Shown here: piece by piece, positions 58,782-64,000 of the stretch
How the letters are laid out: every line of letters starts with the position of its first letter
Numbering within the stretch: the stretch's first letter is position 1
DNA from: Candidatus Woesearchaeota archaeon
Lineage (GTDB): Archaea > Nanobdellota > Nanobdellia > Woesearchaeales > JABIAG01
Assembly (NCBI GenBank): GCA_018653365.1
Contig: JABIAG010000001.1
Location: 192,001-256,000 of the forward strand
DNA length: 64,000 bases
Direction of reading: 5' to 3'
The notes under the pieces: generated by a model
The model's input: the letters and a program-made list of their open reading frames with translations, nothing else
What the model was told of the DNA's origin: nothing
Databases searched by the model: none
Position numbers and translations under genes: made by a program

Positions 58782-58909
58782 TTTCTAAACCAATAATCTT
58801 TTTACAACATCACTACACTTCGTTACGTTCTGAGCATAAAGATCTATTTTTCCAAGGCAAGAAATCTTTATAAAGCGCCATTTCTTATGTATATATAGGG
58901 GGGATAAAC

Positions 58910-60517
58910 ATGGCAGATAAAAATAATCAACCAATATTCGTACTATCAGAAGATATGGTAAGAGATTCAGGGAAAAAAGCACAAAAAAATAACATTGCTG
59001 CAGCTAAAATAGTTGCAGAAACAGTTCGAACTACATTAGGTCCAAAAGGAATGGACAAAATGTTAGTAGATTCTATGGGTGATGTAACTGTAACTAATGA
59101 TGGAGTAACAATTCTAGAAGAAATGCAAATAGAACATCCTGCAGCTAAAATGATTGTAGAAGTAGCTAAAACTCAAGAAGATGAAATTGGGGACGGCACA
59201 ACAACCGCAGTAGTATTCGCTGGAGAACTACTAAAACAAGCAGAAGGATTATTAGAAAAACGAATTCATCCAACAGTTATAGCTAAAGGATACAGGCAAG
59301 CAGCAGAAAAAGCACAAGCAGTACTCGGAAGTATAGCAGAAAAAATATCAATAAAAGACGAAGACATAATTCGAAAAATTGCAATAACTGCAATGACCGG
59401 AAAAGGTGCAGAAGCATCAAAACAAGTTCTATCTGGAATTGTAGTTAACGCAATAGTAAGTGTTTATGATCGGAAGTTTGAAAGATCAGACATAAGAATT
59501 GAGAAAAAAGTGGGTAGTTCAGTAGAAGACTCAGAATTAATAAGTGGAATAGTAATAGATAAAGAAAAAGTACACTCTGGAATGCCAGATCTAGTTGAGG
59601 AAGCCAGAATTGCATTATTAGATGTACCCTTAGAGGTTCGTAATACAGAAATAGACGCTAAAATCTCAATAACCGATCCGTCACAAATGCAGGATTTCAT
59701 AGACATGGAAGAAAAAATGTTACGAAAAATGGTGGATAAAGTAATAAAATCAAAAGCAAATGTAATAGTATGTCAAAAAGGAATAGACGACTTAGCACAA
59801 CACTACCTGGCTAAAGAAGGGATATATGCTGTAAGAAGAGTTAAAGCATCTGATATGAAAGCATTAGCAAAAGCAACAGGTGGAAAAATACTTAATAATC
59901 TAAACGATTTAAGTGAGACTGATTTAGGAAAAGCAGGAACAGTTGAAAATGTTGTGATTGGTGATGAGGAAATGACTCACATTAAAAATTGTAAAGATCC
60001 CAAAACAGTAACAATTCTGGTTAGGGGTGGAACAGAACATGTTATTGCAGAAATTAAAAGAGCGCTAGAAGATGCAATTGGAGACGTAACTGCAGCACTA
60101 AAAGAAGGGAAGGTAGTAGCAGGTGCAGGATCAACCGAATCAGAACTAGCAAAAGAAATAAGAGGATATGCAGCTAGTTTATCCGGTCGGGAACAGTTAG
60201 CAGTAAACGCATTTGCAGAAGCATTAGATGTAATACCAAATACTCTAGCAGAAAATGCAGGACTAGACCCAATAAATGTACTTGCTGAAATGAAAGCAGC
60301 ACATGATAAAGATAAAAAATGGGCAGGAATCAACGTATTTACTGGAAAAGTAATGGATGCCTGGGAAAACGGGGTAATAGAACCCTTGAAGATTAAAACT
60401 CAAGCAATTAGTTCAGCTACAGAAGTTGCAGTAATGATCTTGCGAATAGATGATGTAATCGCAGCAGGGAAACCCGAAACCCCACAAATGCCGCCCGGAA
60501 TGGACGGAATGATGTGA
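58910..60517 (+). CDS. ths: Thermosome (group II chaperonin) subunit
   Basis: [23 protein letters not shown]. Confidence 0.97.
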   Translation: MADKNNQPIFVLSEDMVRDSGKKAQKNNIAAAKIVAETVRTTLGPKGMDKMLVDSMGDVTVTNDGVTILEEMQIEHPAAKMIVEVAKTQEDEIGDGTTTAVVFAGELLKQAEGLLEKRIHPTVIAKGYRQAAEKAQAVLGSIAEKISIKDEDIIRKIAITAMTGKGAEASKQVLSGIVVNAIVSVYDRKFERSDIRIEKKVGSSVEDSELISGIVIDKEKVHSGMPDLVEEARIALLDVPLEVRNTEIDAKISITDPSQMQDFIDMEEKMLRKMVDKVIKSKANVIVCQKGIDDLAQHYLAKEGIYAVRRVKASDMKALAKATGGKILNNLNDLSETDLGKAGTVENVVIGDEEMTHIKNCKDPKTVTILVRGGTEHVIAEIKRALEDAIGDVTAALKEGKVVAGAGSTESELAKEIRGYAASLSGREQLAVNAFAEALDVIPNTLAENAGLDPINVLAEMKAAHDKDKKWAGINVFTGKVMDAWENGVIEPLKIKTQAISSATEVAVMILRIDDVIAAGKPETPQMPPGMDGMM

Positions 60518-61231
60518 TTACCATGCAGACAAGAAAAAGTCTAAATATTCTTTAGCCAAATTTTTATTTTTTATTAGAATAGCAGTAAATGGTTCATCCC
60601 AATTAAGTAAAAGAATTTTATCCCCCTAAATGCCCCAATCTCCTGGAAGATTGGTTTCTGTGAACTTAACTTGCCAATATTGGTTATTGGTTATTTTATG
60701 TTGTTTTTTGAATGTAATTTCATTCTTCTTTGAAATTAGTAGTTGTGAAATTAACTTTTTCTCTTTTCTTAAAGCACCACTCCACTCATAAAAAAGTTTT
60801 ACGCGATCATCAGAACTGGATTCTCCTGTAGCAAATCCTTGAATTGTCTGATTTGGTTTAAGATCCATTAATGCTTCAATAAATGCACTACGCATACCTT
60901 TTAATCCTTCAAACATCTTAACATAATTGTTTTCTTTTGTCTCGAGCTTCTTTAAATTATCAATCTCTTCTTTAATTCTCTTTCTTTTTTCATCGAATAA
61001 TTCGAGAATTTTCTCTGGAGGGGAGGGTTGGAAGTGTTTGGCATTATTTTTTAAAACCCAACTAACCAGACCTTTTTCCTCTAACGAGTTGAGAACTTCA
61101 TAAATTTTTGAATTTGGGATTGAAGATTTTTTAGATAATGGTCCTGTGGTGGTTTGACCTAATTCAAGTAAAGCTAAGTAAACACTGGATTCTCTTTCAG
61201 AAAGTCCTAAATTAGATAATGCGTCTTTCAT
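60518..61231 (-). pseudogene. TrmB-family regulator with in-frame TAG at 60626-60628
   Basis: Frame continues for 35 codons past TAG and aligns with paralog C-termini. Confidence 0.8.
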
Positions 61232-61273
61232 TGAAGTTTGGGGTTGGTTGATGTATTTAAATGTTTTTACTAC

Positions 61274-61290
61274 TGCTCCCTTTTGGGGTA
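61274..61290. promoter_or_regulatory. Putative TrmB operator TGCTCCC-TTTT-GGGGTA
   Basis: Between divergent TATA boxes; resembles sites at 51833 and 63164. Confidence 0.55.
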
Positions 61291-61357
61291 AATACCTTTT
61301 ATATCTTGTTTTAGGTTAGTTAAACGTATAAGGGGGAAGTCGAGTGAAGAGGTACGA

Positions 61358-62395
61358 ATGAAATGGATAATGTTAATTATGTTAGTAATGTTGGTTGGAT
61401 GTAGTTCAACCAATGATTTTAAAGTGGGAGTAATTGCTCCACTTTCTGGAAACCAGGCATTTATTGGAACAGACTTTAAAGATGGATTTAATTTAGATTC
61501 TGGGTTGGATGTTGTGTATCAAGATAGCCAGGGAAACGTTGTGGGTGCAGTATCCGCATATCAACAACTAAGATTATTGGATGTGGATGCAATTGTTTTA
61601 GTTGGAGTTGGAGACGAAGCTGTGCTCGAATTGGCAGATAAAGATTCACTACCCTTATTATTAACTGTATCTTCAACTGGCGGATTACCGGCCAAAAGTG
61701 AATATGTATTCAGATATTTTACAAACGCAGATTCAGACGCACCATTAATTGCTTCATATGCCGTTAATGAATTAGAATTAGAAAGTTTTGGAGTATTACA
61801 TATTGTAGATAATTTTGGATACAGTTATGCAAATGTGTTTGAGAATGAGATTGTTGAATTGGGTGGTGAAGTATCTTTAGTGGAAAGCTTTCAATACACC
61901 GATTATGAATATAGAACACAATTGTTAAAGTTGGCTGAAACGGAAATGGATGCACTTTACATAATTGGGTTGGACTATCAATTAGCAGAAGTGTTGAAGG
62001 AAGTTGAAGAATTAAATGTTGGTGTGCAAATATTATCTTTAGGAACGATAGCAACAGACTACGCAATTGGATTGGCAGAAGGAACTGCAGAGGGAGTTTA
62101 TACAACTGCATTTTGTACAGATGGAACTCCTGAAGAGTATAAGAAAAGATTTGTTGCTGCTTATGAACGTGAACCAGGATTCTTCTCAGAACTAGGAAAT
62201 GATTTGGCAATGTTTATTGATATTTCTAATGATGGAGAATTTATTCAAAACATGTTGGCTCTGGAAAGTGTTGAGGCTAACACTGGAATTGTAAGTAGTG
62301 ATGAGAATGGTGAATTGATTATGCCTGTATGTGTAAAGAAAATCACTGAGGGGAAAATACTTAATTTAGAAAGTGGACAGTATTATAATAATTAA
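61358..62395 (+). CDS. LivJ/LivK-type substrate-binding lipoprotein
   Basis: Lipobox LVGC, KVGVIAPLSG, YRTQLLK. Confidence 0.88.
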   Translation: MKWIMLIMLVMLVGCSSTNDFKVGVIAPLSGNQAFIGTDFKDGFNLDSGLDVVYQDSQGNVVGAVSAYQQLRLLDVDAIVLVGVGDEAVLELADKDSLPLLLTVSSTGGLPAKSEYVFRYFTNADSDAPLIASYAVNELELESFGVLHIVDNFGYSYANVFENEIVELGGEVSLVESFQYTDYEYRTQLLKLAETEMDALYIIGLDYQLAEVLKEVEELNVGVQILSLGTIATDYAIGLAEGTAEGVYTTAFCTDGTPEEYKKRFVAAYEREPGFFSELGNDLAMFIDISNDGEFIQNMLALESVEANTGIVSSDENGELIMPVCVKKITEGKILNLESGQYYNN

Positions 62396-63141
62396 TTTTT
62401 TTTAGTATTCCATATGGCATTAAACATAAACCTAAACGTTGAGGCAATCTGTTTAGAGGTTATCATGACTGCAATTGGCGTGTCATCAAAAGAGGCAATT
62501 AGTACTGTATCGCCATAAACTCCGATCCCTCTGGGAGCAAAATCATTAACATATTTAATCTGCCAGTTTTTAACATTTTTAAAACGAGTATCAAATACGT
62601 TTTTATCAGACTTGTTAACGATTAACTTAACTTTGTACTTCATCTCAATTCTCTTTAAATGAAAATTTTTAAAAAATATCTTAACAGAATCGGGTTCATT
62701 CTTATTTGCACCTAAGGCAAAAGCAAGATACTCGCCATTCTTTGGTAAAATAGTAAAAATAGAATTAAACGCGGTCTGAACACCCTTCCATCCAACATAC
62801 ATCTTAGTTTCTTGTAGGCTAGAATTAGAATCAAGGGCTTCTAATTCAGGAATTAAAGAAGAAAGCTTGTTCTTCTTATCCTCCCAAAGACGCATGATGT
62901 TTTTAGGTTCTGTTGCAGAAAAGAACTTAGTTTTAGATTTAATTACAAAATTAACAAGGCCTTGTTGAATTAGCTCATCCAGAGCACGATAAACAACAGA
63001 CCCTGCAAGTCTGGTACTCTTAATAATACTTCCTGACTTGGTTGAACCCAGATTAAGTAAAGAAAGATATACTGCAATCTGCGAATCAGTTAATCCAATT
63101 TCTTTAAGGATTTGGATATTCATGATTGGTGTTTGGTTCAT
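62392..63141 (-). CDS. TrmB-family transcriptional regulator
   Basis: IGLTDSQIAVY, SVVYRALDELIQQGLV; start possibly 63123. Confidence 0.9.
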   Translation of the reverse strand: MNQTPIMNIQILKEIGLTDSQIAVYLSLLNLGSTKSGSIIKSTRLAGSVVYRALDELIQQGLVNFVIKSKTKFFSATEPKNIMRLWEDKKNKLSSLIPELEALDSNSSLQETKMYVGWKGVQTAFNSIFTILPKNGEYLAFALGANKNEPDSVKIFFKNFHLKRIEMKYKVKLIVNKSDKNVFDTRFKNVKNWQIKYVNDFAPRGIGVYGDTVLIASFDDTPIAVMITSKQIASTFRFMFNAIWNTKKN

Positions 63142-63163
63142 GCATATTTAAACCTTTCTAATC

Positions 63164-63183
63164 GTTCTCCCAAAAAGGGCAAC
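63164..63183. promoter_or_regulatory. Putative TrmB operator GTTCTCCC-AAAAA-GGGCAAC
   Basis: Imperfect palindrome between divergent promoters. Confidence 0.55.
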
Positions 63184-63220
63184 AAAGGTTAATATGGTGG
63201 GCTGTGTTCTCTAATTAGTA

Positions 63221-63352
63221 ATGAAACCAATAATAATCACAAAAAAGATTGCCAAACATGGCTCTCAAGCAATAATCGTAATTCCGCGGGCTATTGAACA
63301 CGAGTTGAAACCAGGCACTCTGGCTGAAATAAAAATTGAGGTATTAAAATGA
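63221..63352 (+). CDS. Small AbrB/MazE-like protein (43 aa)
   Basis: MKPIIITKKIAKHGSQAIIVIPRAIEHELKPGTLAEIKIEVLK; not in ORF track. Confidence 0.75.
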   Translation: MKPIIITKKIAKHGSQAIIVIPRAIEHELKPGTLAEIKIEVLK

Positions 63353-64000
63353 AATATGTCTTGCTAGGATTAATATTATTATGTTTAGTTGGTTGTACTA
63401 CTGGAAATGTTGTAAAAGATGAAACTCTAGATGTAGCGTTAGTTATTCCAATAACTGGAATTGGGGCAGCAGTAGGACAGGACTTTCTCTATGGAATTGA
63501 ATTAGCTAAAGAAGAACTTAACTTACAGGGAGTAGAATTCCACATAGAAGATACTCGAACCGATCCAAAAGAGGCAGTAACCGCCACAACATCTTTGTTG
63601 AATACAGAAGATATAGATGTTATTGTTACCTTACAAGCACAGGTATCACAACCCTTGCTAACTTTGGCAGATCAACATGACATTCCACTAATAGCTTCTC
63701 TAACCTCACTAGTTAAAGAAGACTATACAAGAAAGAGCGAGAATGCATTCTTACAATACCCTCTTCCCGAAGAAGAAATGGCATTAACATTAAAATTCAT
63801 GGAACAAGAAGAATACGAAACTGTTGCTTTGTTAACAGTATTAGATGAATTTGGAAATACCATGACGGAACTGCTTAATGGAGATTTTGAGGGCGAGGTA
63901 GTTTTGAAAGAAGAATTTCAAAAATCAGATCTAGACTATAGAACGCAATTAACTAAAATAAAAAAGATGAACCCAGATGCCATATATGTGATTGGGTACC
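63349..64000 (+). CDS. LivJ/LivK-type substrate-binding lipoprotein (partial)
   Basis: MKYVLLGLILLCLVGC, IPITGIGAAVG, IEDTRTDPKEAV, DYRTQLTK; ATGA overlap with upstream gene. Confidence 0.88.
   Translation, partial: MKYVLLGLILLCLVGCTTGNVVKDETLDVALVIPITGIGAAVGQDFLYGIELAKEELNLQGVEFHIEDTRTDPKEAVTATTSLLNTEDIDVIVTLQAQVSQPLLTLADQHDIPLIASLTSLVKEDYTRKSENAFLQYPLPEEEMALTLKFMEQEEYETVALLTVLDEFGNTMTELLNGDFEGEVVLKEEFQKSDLDYRTQLTKIKKMNPDAIYVIGY

Noticed and set aside
30233-58837. Palindromic elements as integron attC sites
   Set aside because: No RYYYAAC/GTTRRRY ends, too short, not arrayed, no integrase
60626-60628. Genome-wide TAG recoding or pyrrolysine
   Set aside because: TAG ends other genes at expected positions (e.g. 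lonB); no pyl genes; single instance
495-62210. Many antisense and alternative-frame ORFs inside conserved genes
   Set aside because: Shadows of biased codon usage, with no recognisable motifs

Overview
This is a gene-dense, AT-rich archaeal chromosome segment, most consistent with a DPANN archaeon such as Woesearchaeales (inference). Core genes include cdc6/orc1 beside a candidate origin, trm1, lonB, the rpoH-B''-B'-A'-A''-rpl30e-nusA cluster, rps12-rps7, gltX, a bacterial-type aspS, psmB-aCPSF1, a MacB/FtsX-type ABC system and a thermosome subunit. There are seven tRNA genes, five with introns at position 37/38. Most notable: (1) two tandem HIT proteins lacking the catalytic His, one fused to a Cc1-like chromatin module; (2) a wHTH / Lys-rich / MinD-ParA / membrane-protein operon with phased upstream repeats (candidate segregation system); (3) a Hel308 helicase lacking its first RecA domain and carrying a 513-aa LAGLIDADG intein; (4) four TrmB regulators, each with a divergent target and an intergenic palindrome that co-varies with its recognition helix, two of them facing orphan LivJ-type lipoproteins; (5) two displaced gene 3' ends (ABC permease, tRNA-Ser) marking past insertions; (6) a dispersed family of short CAGAA/TTCTG intergenic elements; (7) an M23 peptidase. 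No CRISPR array, rRNA, transposase or integrase was seen. All family calls come from motif recognition, not database searches.
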